The notes under the pieces are model-generated. The model was given only the letters and a program-made list of their open reading frames with translations, made no database searches and was not told the DNA's origin. From Monocercomonoides exilis PA203 (taxonomy: Eukaryota > Protista > Preaxostyla), in NCBI GenBank assembly GCA_001643675.2, contig LSRY02000046.1:186001-250000 (forward strand): a DNA stretch of 64,000 nucleotides, written 5' to 3'. This document shows positions 45,472-58,800 of the stretch, piece by piece (within the stretch, counting starts at the first letter, position 1; each line of letters begins with the position of its first letter). A program made the translations under genes and the position numbers.

Positions 45472-46735
45472 CTAATATCCTCTATATGAAGGAGCCTTAG
45501 GATAACTAACGGAACACTGATAACCTGTGGGGGCAGAAGGATAAGAAGGAGCTTGAGGGTATGCGGGAGGAGTTGGATAAGCAGGTGCTTGAGGATAAGC
45601 AGGTGCTTGCGGATATGCCGGAGCCTGCGGATATGCCGGAGCCTGCGGATAAGATGGAGGAGTTGGATAAGCTGGAGGAGAAGGATAAACAGGAGCAGTG
45701 GAATAAGAAGGTGATGCTGAAGGAGGAGATGGATATGCAGGAGCATCTGGATATTTTGGGGCTTGAGGATACGAAGGTGATGCTGAAGGTGGAGATGGAT
45801 ATGATGGAGCCTTCGACAATACAGCAGGCGAGGGTGGATAAGTTGTTGCAGGAGTTGTTTGAGTAGCAGGAGGGCCTGTAACTGGGGACGCATACGGAGG
45901 GCTCGAAGCTGATCCTGATGAAGGATTTGCAGAAGCTTGCATAGACGCAGCCGGATTTGAAGGCGAAGATGAAGATGTTGAGGAAGGAATTGAATAGGGA
46001 GCTGAATAAGGAGCTGAATACGGAGCCGAATATGGAGCTGAAGAAGAAGATGGCTGAGCTGGTGGTATTTTAGGATAAGAAGAAAAATTTTCTTCATATG
46101 TCGAAGGTGTCTTTTGAGCAGTAGGTTGAATAGCCTGACTTGTTGATGGAGAATCGTAGATCTTTTTAGCCTCCGAGTTGGCAGAAGTCATTGGTGGTGG
46201 AGGGGGAGGAGCCACCTGACTGACAGGCTTTGGCCCTTCTGGAGAGTCATAAAATATTTCCATTTCAATAGTTCCAGCAGGTTTTCCAGATTTTTTCACA
46301 AAGTTAAAAGTCTGATGTTTTTTATCATTTAGGAAAGGCAAAATCTATAAATTTCATAAATTTTAAAATTTACATTTCCAATCATACACATTATAATAAA
46401 AAATCAAACATCTATTTTTGTCGAGCCAAGCAGTTGATCAGATGTGATGGAATTTGAATCCCAAAGTTCAAGGAGGAGATCTTTATTTTTATGTTGTGGA
46501 TCAATCTCGAGATTAAAATCTAAATAATCACAATCAAAAAAATGTTAAAAAACAAAAGCTTGGATATACATTCATGATAAACGGGGTTAAGATCATTTTT
46601 TTTCACTTCCGTTTGCTTTCTAAACTTTCCGATTTTGATAACAACATAAGGATCAGACTTCCCTCCAATATCTACAGCAGGGACATCTTTACAATTAATA
46701 ATAAGCAACCTAAGTGTTCCGGGATAATACGTCAT
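45472..46735 (-). CDS. C2-domain protein with Pro/Tyr/Ser-rich repeat tail; exons 46735-46570, 46519-46410, 46344-45472
   Basis: Spliced C2 domain: GTLRLLIINCKDVPAVDIGGKSDPYVVIKIG...TEVKKNDLNPVYHEYFNLEI...LLLELWDSNSITSDQLLGSTKIDILPF...PAGTIEMEIFY. The tail has YSAP, YPSPPSASPS and YPQAPA repeats. Confidence 0.92.
45540..46040 (-). repeat. Coding tandem repeats YPQAPA / YPSPP / YSAP
   Basis: 18-nt units (e.g. GCCTGCGGATATGCCGGA on the + strand, ~45590-45655) and 12-nt units (~45990-46040). Confidence 0.85.
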
Positions 46736-46817
46736 TAAAACCTAATATAAGCAAAATAAGGGTCATCCATTTATCAATTAAACCATATTTTATTTCTTCT
46801 TCTTTCTTCTATATTCA
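46736..46817. promoter_or_regulatory. Putative bidirectional promoter between the C2 gene and the USP gene
   Basis: 82 bp of AT-rich sequence between divergent ATGs at 46735 (-) and 46818 (+). Confidence 0.55.
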
Positions 46818-49800
46818 ATGGATTGCGAACAATACGTAAGAGATACACTGGATAAACCGGGTGTGTTAAGACATCACCTTGTTTCATGAATTATTTTATT
46901 GTTTATTGCATAGTTGCAACTCCGGTATTGTCAAATACTCGAGAAACTTTAAGAGCAATCCAAGTGGTTGAAACACAATTTGATCAAGGAACAACTGGTT
47001 TGTTCAAAAATATATTTTATTTTTGCTATAATGACGCTTGCTTATGATGTGTAATACAAAAAATGATAATTTATGAAGACGATATGGTAAAAGGCATTAT
47101 TTTCCTAATTCGTCTTATCCGCCATGTTAAGATCGAGGATCTTAATTCTACGAATCAAATTGTTCTTACTATGCTATTTTCGATGACAAAAGTCGCAGTA
47201 AAGAGAATTCGTCATTGCGAGTTTGAAAGATATTATTTTTGATTGAAAATAGTTTATTTCTTTAACATAGCGATGCGTCACAGTTGCAAAAGGCTTTCTT
47301 TTCCAAGTTTTTAAGGGTATCAGTCTCATTTCTCATTCTTCTTATGAGTTCTGAGGCAGACATACCCGAAGCTTCTTCAATGATTGGTATTTTTTTCCCT
47401 GCCAATAAAAAGAAATTCGTTGGAGAAAAAGATGAAGAATCAAAACAGCAATCACTTCCTAAGTATTTAGAAGATTCTTTGACTTCTATTGCAAGAAAAT
47501 CAAGAGGGATTACTATCCATTTACGTTTAGTGGGAAAGATTATTAAAGATGGCAATCTTTCTCTTCTCAAGCAAAGAATCGTTAGATTTTTAGAAAGAAA
47601 TAGCGAAAATAGAGAAGAAGTGTACGAGTTCGATACATTTTTACAATTATTCAAGCCAGTTGCATCAGTTTGCTAAAACTTATATTCTTTTGCGTAAATC
47701 TTTCTATTATTCTTTTGAACGCACTATAAACATAATGTTAATTGATACATCGCTCTTCTTAATTGCTTTCTGAAACTTTTGCTCGAACACATTTTTCCTT
47801 ATGAAATTTTGATTGGCGAAGGTGTCGATGTTCCTGAAAAAGGACAAGATGAAAGAGCTGCAGCAACTTCCAAAGCAGATTGCACAAGCCATTCCGTATC
47901 AGATATCGTTCGATGTGCTGCCCACAAAAAAATCAAAAGCCGTCTTGAAGTTCATTGCGCTGTACGAGCGATTTGTCCATTGCGTGTCTTCTGTATGAAT
48001 CACTCTGAATTGTTTTTGTTGGAGTTCTAATTTTCTTCTCTTCTCTGTTCTATGAATTTTTATTTATTTGTTAATTTTATTTATAAAATTTATATCACAA
48101 TTTTATTTACACATTCGACAATCATATTTTGAACACACAAACACAACCATTCATTTTCACTATTTCTTCATTTTCATTTACGATACTTTTCCATTCACTT
48201 CTTTCTTTCTTTTTCTTTCTTTCTTCTCTTTTTTTCTCTCAACCTGCTTTCATCCATTCACTCACATATGCTTCCCAGTCGCCCACCCCCGAAAACGCCC
48301 TATTAGCCGAAGAAGTGATGCTGTCCATCGCACTCCGTCTCCTCTTCCACCCTTCTCAATACCACGTTCTCCTCTCTCTCAAGCTCCTTGCCCACATCAC
48401 CTCCCATCTCGCCCACAGCTCTTCGCCTCTCTCGTCCACTCCGCCAAACACAAAGACATTCTTCACAAAGTCAGTCGACGAGGCTGGCGGGCTGAAAGGA
48501 GAGAGCTGTTTGGTGGCGCCTGTGATGATGACAGCCCCGCAGATGGCAGCAATCATACAGAACTTTGTGCAGCAGTATGACAAACGCATGAACAGATACA
48601 CCTCTTCTATCAGTGTATACGGTCAATCATCATCATCATCATCATCTGCTTCTGCTTCTGCTTCTTCCTCTTCCTCTTCCTCATCCTCTTCATCCTCTTC
48701 TGATAATAGCACCCTCATCGCCTCCATTGCCCCCTCCATCAACTTCCTCCTTCAATCGCTCATTTCTGCTGCATTCATCTCGCCTGACCACTCACAGCTG
48801 GCATCAGTAGCTGTCTGCAACATCACTCAGATCTTCCCCTTCGACTCTGCCCTGTTCAGCCAGCTCATCAACATCGCCTTCGAACACTGCGACCTCGAGT
48901 CAACAGCCTTCTCAGCCAATAAGCGTCTCTCTCTCTGCTCAACACGCCATTCACGCGAGGCATCTGCCCAGCAGCAGCAGACGATATTTCCGCCTTCATT
49001 CTGCGCACACAACCTTCTGTCTGCACTGTCCACTCATCTGAAGTCACACGAGGTGGAGATGATCATCTCAGCCATCTACAGGAAAGTAGGGGATGCCATG
49101 CCCATTGGACTGAACTCCATCTCTCAGATGCAACTGGGTGCTTCGTTTACTTCTGCTTCTTCTTCTTCCTCTTCATCATCTTCATCCTCATCCTCTACCT
49201 CCTCCTCTTCTTCTTCATCTCCATTGTCAATTGCCTCTGCCTTCTCACAGCCACCTCAGCAGCTTCTTCAGTCAGAGCGTCGCAACATGCGTGCCGCCAG
49301 CTCCTCCTCTGAACAGTCACTCGATTCAAACGACATCCGAATGGCTGGCCTTCTGCTGGTGGCGCAGGCACAGCAGTGGAATGTGCTGAGGAAGAAGGAG
49401 TTTGAGCTGGAGAGAGAGAAGATGGACAAGGAGAGGATGAAAGAGAGGGACCTGCTCGTGGGAAGGAAGCAGAACGCAGTGGTGGTTATACGCCATTGCT
49501 ATCAGTTCTTGTTGAGCAAGTGTGAAGATTTAAACAACCCCCTTTCATCGTCATCATCATCTTCTTCCTCCTCCTCATCATCATCTAACTCCCTTCCACA
49601 AGATATCATCTCCACTCCTCGTCATTCACCTTCCATCTTTTCTGCAGCCATCTCCACCATTATCTCCTCCATCCCTTCCATTCGCATCCCAAACCTCCTC
49701 TTCGAATTCCTCTCATCTGCTTTGATTCAGATAGCCAGCATCAAAGAAAGCACCCAGCTCTGCCTTGTTGCTTCTCTGCTGATTCCTCCTCTTCTCATCT

Positions 49801-52800
49801 CAGAGGAAAGAGAGAAGAAGATGAGCCAGCAGCTGGAGAAAGAGAAGGAGAAGAAGAAAGGGAAAGACAAAGAAGACAAAGAGAAAGAGAGGCTGGCAGC
49901 GATTGCGATTCCACAGATGGAGCATGTGGGGAATGGATGGGCCAGGCTGAGCCTTCTGTTTCTGCAGCATCACTCACTCGACGGCATCCTCCACAGCATC
50001 GCTCTGCTACACAGCGAAGTCAGACGATTAGCAGAAGGCTCGAGGAAGCTGATGGCTGCAATGGGCGATGAGGCAGACTCGATGGCGAGTGCAGACTCAC
50101 AAGACTTGTCTTTTGGCGCTGCCCCAGCTGCTGCTGGAGGAGGAGGTGGTGGTGGTGGAGGAAGCAATGGAAGTGGGTGCAATGGAGGAAGCAGCGGGTG
50201 TTCGCCTTCTTCCAATGGGCTGTTTGGGCTGAATGAAAACGCAGCGTCTTCTTCATTCAGACTGCCTCTTTCGTTCTCCTCATCGTCTGTTGTGTCGATT
50301 GCACAGGCAATTATGATGGCATCATCATCATCACCTTCTTCTTCTTCTTCTTCTTCCTCTGCTTCAGCCTCTGCTGTCAGTGGTTCATCTGCCCGTTCTG
50401 ATGACTCCTTGTTCTTCCCATCCTCTCTCAACACAACTGTGTTTGGAGGGTTCCAATATCAGACACACACTTCTGTGCAGAGCACACTCGCCATTCAGAT
50501 TTGTGGGTGCTTGTGCTTCTCTGCCATTGCTGCATACAATGCTCAGATGATGCTCAACTCATCTTCATCTTCATCTTCTTCATCATTGTCATCATCATCA
50601 TCTTCTCTCTCTTCTTCTTTTTCCTCCTTCTCCTCCTCTTCCTCCTCTTCCTCCCCCATTCCAATGAACACACTCACTGGCCATCCAACCTCCTTCCCTT
50701 TCACCCTCACCCACGCCACCCAATCACTCCAGCGTGTGTGGAATGTCTGTGTGAAAGGCGCCCTCACCCGTGCTGAGCAGAACTACACTCTTCTTCTCTT
50801 CCGCCAGCTGATCTACTCTCTCCTTGCCACCAACCCCAACCTCTGCACCCCTTGTTTCCTGCTCCACCCACGCTGCTTCTTCATCCTCCCGCCCCATCAG
50901 CAGCCCCCTTCCCATCTCAACACACACGCCACAACTGCCCAGGTCATCGTGTCATTAGCAAAGCCCCCCACTTTCTTCACACTCCCAACCATCACACCCT
51001 CTCTCTCTGTCTCTCCAGACACGCCTTCGTTCTACTCGTCGCTGCTGAAGAGCCCAGCAGGCTATATGCAGCACATCCAGCTGAGTGATGTGTCGCCTGA
51101 CGAGCGAGACAACAGCATCCCGTTCAACTTCAACATCCACCCGAACAACAAGTCTGCCCCGGAGATACAAAAGTGCTTTGAGCTGCTCTTGCTGGATGCT
51201 CCGTTTGTGGAGAGGGAGAGGCTGGTGGTGAGGGAGAAGGAGGGAGGGAAAGGGAATGGCATAGGGAATGGAATGGGGAATGCAGGGAATAATACAACTG
51301 TTGTGGGAGTGGGAGCGGGAGGAACAGGAATTGGAGTGTTGGTTGTGGGAGAAGGAGGGGAAGAAGGGGAAGGAGGAAGCGAAGGAGGAAGAGACAGAGG
51401 GAATGAAGAGGAAAGGGGGGAAGCAGACGGAGGAGAAGAGAGAGGGAGGAAAGTGATGGTGAGGGAGAAGATAACAGAGAAGGTGTTTTCGGAGTCTGCA
51501 TATTTGAATGTGTTTAAGCCACTTTTCATCGATGCGAACATTCGAATGAAGAAGATTGGGCTGCGGAAGAGGAGTAAAAGCAGAGTACCGCCAAATGAAG
51601 TGGACGATGATGAAGAAGAGCTGCTGGCGATGATATCAGAACAGGCAAAGGAAGACCCGATGATGGCACTGATCAAACAGATGCTGGAAGAAGACGCTAA
51701 AGCAAACGAGCAGAACGCGGCTGCTGTAGTTGCTGCTGCTTCTTCTGCTTCTGCTTCTTCATCTTCATCATCGTCGTCGTCATCATCTTCTTCTTCGATG
51801 AATGCATCACCATCAGCAATGCAGTTAGCGCTTCCATCATCTTGTGATCCATCTTCTTCTTCCTCGTCCTCTTCTTCTTCCTTATCTTCCACTTCCTCCT
51901 CCTCTTCCTCATTTATGTCATCATCTTCCTCTCCCATGTCTTCTATACCCACTCGTGTGTCTCCATCAAATGCAGCTGCCACTGCCATAGGTACAATGAA
52001 TGCTGCTTCATCTGGCTTCCCTCCTTCTTCTATTCAGCCATCATCATCATCATCATCATCATCATCTTCTTCTTCTTCTTCTTCTTCTTCTTCTTCTTCT
52101 TCTTCTTCTTCTTCTTCTTCTTCTTCTTCTTCTTCTTCTTCTTCTTCTTCTTCTTCTTCTTCCTCTTCCTCATCCTCATCCTCTTCTTCATCTTCCTCTT
52201 CTTCCTCTCCATTGTCCTCCCCCAATGCCCAGTCAGACATCATCTGCAATGACATGGAGGAAGTTGTGTTTGCAATGCAGCCGTCTCTTGTGGGAGAGAA
52301 TGAGCTGTGGGAAGTGGCAGTCAGCTGGCCAGCACTCAAATGGAAGGAGAAAGAGAGCCAAAGAGAGAGGAGGAGAAAGAGGAGGGAGAAGCAGTGGAAG
52401 AGAGGGATGGTGAGGGGAGGGAGAAACGTAGAGGCAGAGTATTTGTATGGAGAAGGAGGGAACAAGCCAGAAAAGGTATATTCAGCAAGGAAGGAAGAGG
52501 AAGAAGCTGGAGATGACGAGGATGAAGATGGTGATGGCGACTTCAGCGATGAGGCAGAAGAAGATGAAGAGGAAGGAGGTTTGATAGGCAGCATTGCAGA
52601 TAACACAGCCAGATTTGATGAAAAAGACATTGAAATCCTTGAGAGACAAGAGAGAGCTCACCAAATCAGAGACAAAAGTGTGTTCATTCTGAACGATGCA
52701 ATGAAAATGGTGCTTCAACTCTGCACTCCACACCCTCCATACACAACTGCACCTAAATCTGATTCTTCTTCCTCTTCTTCCTCTTCTTCCTTCTCCTCTT

Positions 52801-55800
52801 CTTCTTCTCAATCTCTTCCAGTAGACAGCGTGCGCCGCCCTCTGATTGTCAACCGAGTTGTGTCTGAGATTCGGAAGCTGATCACATTGAGGCACAATCC
52901 AGAGAGCACCTTCACAGTCATCACATCCACTGCGAAGACTCTGATGACCACTGCCTCACACGACTTGCCCAATCAGATAAACAGAACAGAAAACTCACTC
53001 GCCCTCCTGCTGAGGCTCATCAAAGCATGCAACATCCCTCAATCACCGCTTGATAGAATACTTACAACACGCTCACCACATTCTCAGGCTTCTTCCTCTT
53101 CCTCTTCCTCTTCCTCATCTTCTTCTTCAACTATTGTCTCTATTCAGCCATACCAGCAGCTTCCACCAAATGTTCCTCTCTCAGCCTCCTTCGATCTCGG
53201 ATTCAATGCATCTTCTTGTCTTCCCTCTTCTTCTTCCTCCTCTTCTTCTTCTTTCTCCTCTTCCTTTGCCCCTTCCTCTTCCTCAGGCTCCACTGATCCT
53301 CTTCCCATCTCCATTCGTGTTGATCCCTTTGGAGTTGTCACTATCCTCTTAACAGACCAAGATTGTGTGCAAACATTCCGTCTGAAGCTGTCCAACCAGC
53401 TGAAAGTGAAGCCAGCTGATGTGCGTGTGTTCTTCCGAGAGAAAGACATCACTTTTTCTCAGCACTTTCTGTTTGTGCATTTTGGGAGGGAGAATATGAG
53501 AGAGCTCATTCCAGTGGTGATGCACGGGGGAACAGCGCAGTGGACAGGGGAGAATTTAGGTGTGGTGCAGAACACACAGAATGTGAGTGGAGAAGGAGAA
53601 GGAGGTGGTGGAGGTAGTGGTGGTGGAGGAGAGGGAGGAGGAAGTGGAGGAAGGAGGAGAGGAAGAGGGCAGAGAAGGAGGAGCGATGGGGCTGATGGCA
53701 ATGGAGCTGCGAGAGAGAACAGCGAATTTAGTTCATCTGAAGCAGAAGTGTCATCATTGTCGTTGGAATCGTACAATTCGTCATCTTCACCATCTCCTTC
53801 TTCCTCTACCTCTTCATCGTCATCTTCTTCATCGTCTTCTTCCTCTTCTTCCTCTTCCTTCTCTAATGCTTCAGCTGGCTGGAGAAACAGAAGAAGAGGA
53901 AGACAAAAAATGAATGATCGCAAAAAGAAAGCCAAATCTTCCAAAAAACAGCCCAAAAAGGAGCCAAAACCAGAGAAAAAACCGAAAATCCCCAAAGACA
54001 AGAAAGATCCTCTTGAATACCCAGACTTCTACTTCCCTCCTCTTTCCACTCTTCTTCCCGCCGGCACCTCGCCGAGAGAGCTGTTCCAGCCGATGGCGAA
54101 GCATCTTCTGGACATTTTCGATATGTCCACACAGATCACCATGTGTTGTGTGCGCCTCTTTCGCATCTACCAGCCAGTGCATCGCTTCCGCCGGCCGATT
54201 GCAGCAGCAGAAGTGGGGACAGCGTGGCCGAGTGTGTTTGTGGTGGAGCAGGCGACGGCAGAGGAGACAGCGCTGCAGAAGGAGAGAGAGAAGGAGAGGA
54301 GGAGGATTGTGCTGAGGAGCTTGAGATTGGAGGCGATTAGGAAGTGCTATGAGAAAGAGGCGAAGAGGAAGAAGAAGCTGGCTGAGATGGAGGAGAGGCA
54401 GATGATGTCTCAACAAGAATCATCATCATCTTCTTCCTCTTCATCTTCTTCATCATCATCATTTCTTCAGCAGACAACACAAACAGCCAACAGAGCCGAT
54501 GAGCACAAGCAGCTTTCCATTCCCAATTTGGAGGATGTTCTCTTTCTGATGGGCAGAAGCAGACTCGACTTGGCACTCGACGAGGTGCTGGCCATCATCC
54601 GCCTCACTGAAAACATCGTCCCCCAATCATCCATCGAAGATGCTGTGAGAACAAGACTCATGATAAACCAGGGCTCTCCATCTGGCTCCTCTTCTTCTTC
54701 TTCCTCTTCCTCTTCCTCTTCTTCTAGCAGCTCACTTGTTGAGCGTGGGATGACAACACCTCGTTCCAGGCAGCCCACTCCACCTGGTGGCTCATCCATT
54801 CTTCCTTCTCACTCGCCTAACCAAGCAGGCAGCCCCACTTTCTATTCATCTGACTTAACTCCTGCTCATTCTCCTTCTTTCTCTTCTTCATCTTCGTCAT
54901 CTTCTTTCTCTTCTTCTTCTTCATCTTTATCTTCTCCTTTCTCCTCAGCCTCTTTGATTAACACTGATTTGAGCACTTGGAGATTTCGGTTCATTCAATC
55001 GGGTGCTCTTTCTGCTCTGCTGACACTTCTGATGCAGGTGCCTATCACGCCACAGGCACCTCTGGACATTCAAAAACTATCATCTTCTTCCTCTTCCTCT
55101 TCCTCCTCCACCTCTTCTTCCTCGTCTTCCACATCCTCATCCTCTTCTTCTTCTCACTTCTCTTCTCGTTCAGGAGACGAGAGAAAGAGCAAAACAGGCA
55201 GATTTGCGTACAAACAGTCCCTCTTCTTCCAGACAGACCCTCTCCCTCACATTCCACCTGAGGCAATTGTGAAGCTTTTGAAGATCGTTTCGCACTTCTT
55301 CTTTGAAGTCTATCCAACTTCATTGGGCTCTTCTGCCATTCCAGCAATATCCACTCCTTTGGCTAAGCCATCTCCTTCATCATTATCATCATCATCATCA
55401 TCTTCTTCTTCTTCTTCTCCTTCACCAAAATTGCTTTCTCGACCCAATGCCCGCTCTCCTCTTTCCATCGGCCGTTCAGTTGCCAGGTCATCCTCACCAG
55501 ATGTCGATCAATACTCTTCTTCCTCTTCCTCCTCTTCTTCTATTTCACCTCCCATCTCTTCTTCTCCCTTCAAGCCTCGTTTCCTCACCAACATTGCAGA
55601 GTTCGCACTGAGTCTGTGTCCAATGCAAGTATCCAGCACAGAGCCTTCCATCAGCGAGGCCATTGCAATCACTGCACAGATGGGCAACTCATTCGTCGTC
55701 TCCAACATCCACCTCCTTCCTTCTCCCACATCTCAAATCGTCCTCTTCTTCATCCGCCTCATCCAGCTCTTCCTCCTCTTCGGCGACCGCATCACACTCG

Positions 55801-58800
55801 AGACACCCACCAGCACTGCACTCCCCATCTTCACTCGCCTCGTCTCTGGCTGCTCGCAGCCCAACCAGCCACACGTGCCTTCCTCGTTCTCTCCATTCAG
55901 TGGAGGCAAGCTGAATGCCTCGTGGATTGGATCTTATGCCACCATCACTCCGCTGACAGTTCCATTAGTGTTGTCATCGCCGCACACACACGACACCGCC
56001 CTTGTTGCATCTGGTGCGAATAGCAACGACCTCTTCCACAAGCTGCTCACAACACCCGCAGACAACTTTATCGCTGTCATTCTGTCGCCTGGCAGACTGC
56101 TGAAGGAAGAAGTGATGGATGTGCTGTATCCAGCGAAGACATTCCTGCAGGACTTTCCAACAAATGCAATATCGATCTATTCCCCTAACACACTCGCTAA
56201 TCTCTCTGTGCTCTATCGATTGCACCACAGAATATCTGTGAGTCATCTGCTGCACAATGCAAGTTCGTCGTCGTCATCATCATCATCTTCTTCTGCCTCA
56301 GTTTCTATGACTTCTGTTAGAAATGGGCTGACAGCTGTGAGTGAGAAGGAGTACACCACTTTCTCCATCAGAAAGTGCACTCCTGCTTCTGTCCCTTCTG
56401 CCATCGCAAAGACTCCGATGCTTCCATTCACGAAGAAGTCCAGCAGAAAAGGAGGGATGAATGCCAAGATGCGCGTGGAGAAGCTGTGTTCTCTTCGCGA
56501 GTTCAGCCAAAATGCTCTTTTAGACCCAGCTCTCTGTGAAGAAGGAAGCTATCTGACATTCGTGCTTCTCTTGTCTGTCATCTCCTCTTTCCCTCAGGAG
56601 ACCTTCCCTCTCCTCATCTCCAAGCCTTTCCTCCCCACTCTCTTCGCCCTAATGGCGTCTGAGGGCTTTTCTATGCCTTCTCTCTGCGGCACAGCCTCTC
56701 CTGCCCTGGGCTGTCTGCTATGTGATCGCTCCACCCTACCCACGGATACAGAGAAAGTGATGGCACAAATATCAGACCCATCAGCACAGTCTGCCTCAAT
56801 CACACTCTGCCGCACAATTGCTTCATTGCCTGACATGGCAACACATCCACTCTACACTTTCTGCTCTGCTCTGCTTTCTGTTGCTGAGGAGATCGTCACA
56901 ATAGACACGTTTCCATCATATCAGATGCTCCAGTTCTTCACAATATTCCAGTCTGCTCTCAAAATGCTGGATGCAGAGAGGAGAAAAGAGCTGTCGCAGG
57001 TTAATTCAATTGGGATATTCTCACAGCTGGAGATGGCATTGCCTTCCAACGATGCTTCTCCACCTGCTGAATCTGAATCTCCGTTTGCATATGCTCTTTC
57101 ATCCTCATCTTCCTCTTCCTCTTCCTCGTCTTCTTCTCCCATTCCTTTTTCATCATCATCATCTTCTTCTTCTGCTTCTTCCTCCTCCAATTGGAATCCA
57201 ATCTCCCAAACACTTACCTCTGAGAAGACTCCTGTGCTCGATCCCAACCGCGTCCCCTTCCTTCTCTCTGCTCTGATCAGCGTGGCACAGGAAATACACA
57301 GCCAAACAGCCTCTGGCCATTCATTTGCGTCTGCCATGGCTGAAACATGGAGAAATCTGCACAACACAGACGAGCCTCCGTCTTCTCTGTGTGTTTCATT
57401 GAGTGTGCTGTCCCATTGGCTGCTGGCAGTTCTGCTGGATTTGGAGCAGCAGTTCAGAAGTGGCGGACAAATTGTTGTGCCTGTGGGTGAGAATAACAGA
57501 ATATCTTCACCTTCTTCCTCTTCTTCCTCTTCATCATCCTCCTCGTCTTCTTCGTCTTCTTCATCTTCTCTATCTTCTTCATTTACTTCCACTGGATTAA
57601 CAACACTTGAGTCACTCATTCAGAATCGCGAGTCAACAGAAGAAGAACTGCGTATGAAAGAGACAGCAATAAAAAGCTTTTTGGGCTCTGATCCAGCTGG
57701 CCCCAAACTGATTCTGTATATTTTCTCGCTTTTGATCGATCTTGGCGTATCTGAGCAGTCAATACAGATGTCTGTATCTTCTTCATCAATCAATCAGGTA
57801 CCTATTGAAAGTATGGTGATGAGTTCTTCAATGTTATCTACTTCTTCTTCATCCTCCTCTTCCTCTTCTTCTGCCACAACCACTCTTCCCTCGTCCTTCC
57901 CCTTCTCCAACAGCAACTGCTCCTCCTCCAACATCCTCATCGAGATCAACCGCACCCCCACCTACTCCCTCGCCTCTCAGTGGATGCTCTCTTCCACCCG
58001 CTCTGCTCTGTTCCAAGTGCTCGGCTGCCTCAGCCGCCACTCCCCAGCCAACACCTCCCAGCTCCTTGCTCTCCTCTCCTCCACACAGCTGAAGGAGGAC
58101 AGAAGATACTTCCCGCGTGTCGGCTTTGACCCATCCAACTTCCCCAGAAAGCAGTACGGGCTGATCGGGATGCACAATCCGAAGGCCCTGTGCTACATGA
58201 TCAGTGTGCTCACTCAGCTGTTTATGCACAGGCAGTTCAGAACGATGCTGCTCCATTGGAATGGAGAAGAGTGCGGGGGCTTCCGCAATGCAGCAACAGT
58301 CGCCAATCAGAGGAGAGACACGATGAACAGCAATTCTCCTCTTCAGAACACAAAACAACGGAAAGCCGAGCGTCTTGTGGGGATTTGGGATGCGCTGCGC
58401 TGTCTGTTCTGTCTGATGCAGGAGTCACCCACGATGATATCAGGCGATCTAAGCACATTTGCATCGATCTTCCGGATGGTCGATGACGAGCCTTTTGACC
58501 CGTTTGCTCCGCGTGATGCACACGAATTCTACACCTCGCTGTTTGAGCAGCTGGAGGCGCGGCTGGAGCAGGCGAAGGCGCCAAATCTGATCCGGCGGCT
58601 GTTTGGGAGCGAGGTGGCGAGCGAGCGGATCTGCGAGAGAGGACATCTGACAGTCAACAAGGAGAATGTGCTGCTGTCGACAGTAGAAGTGAGGGGATAC
58701 TCGTCGCTGGAGGAGTCGCTGCTGAGAGGGTATGTGAGAGGAGAGTTGATGGAAGACGTGCGCTGCCCGAAGTGCGAAAGGAAGCAGAAACAGTCTGCGA

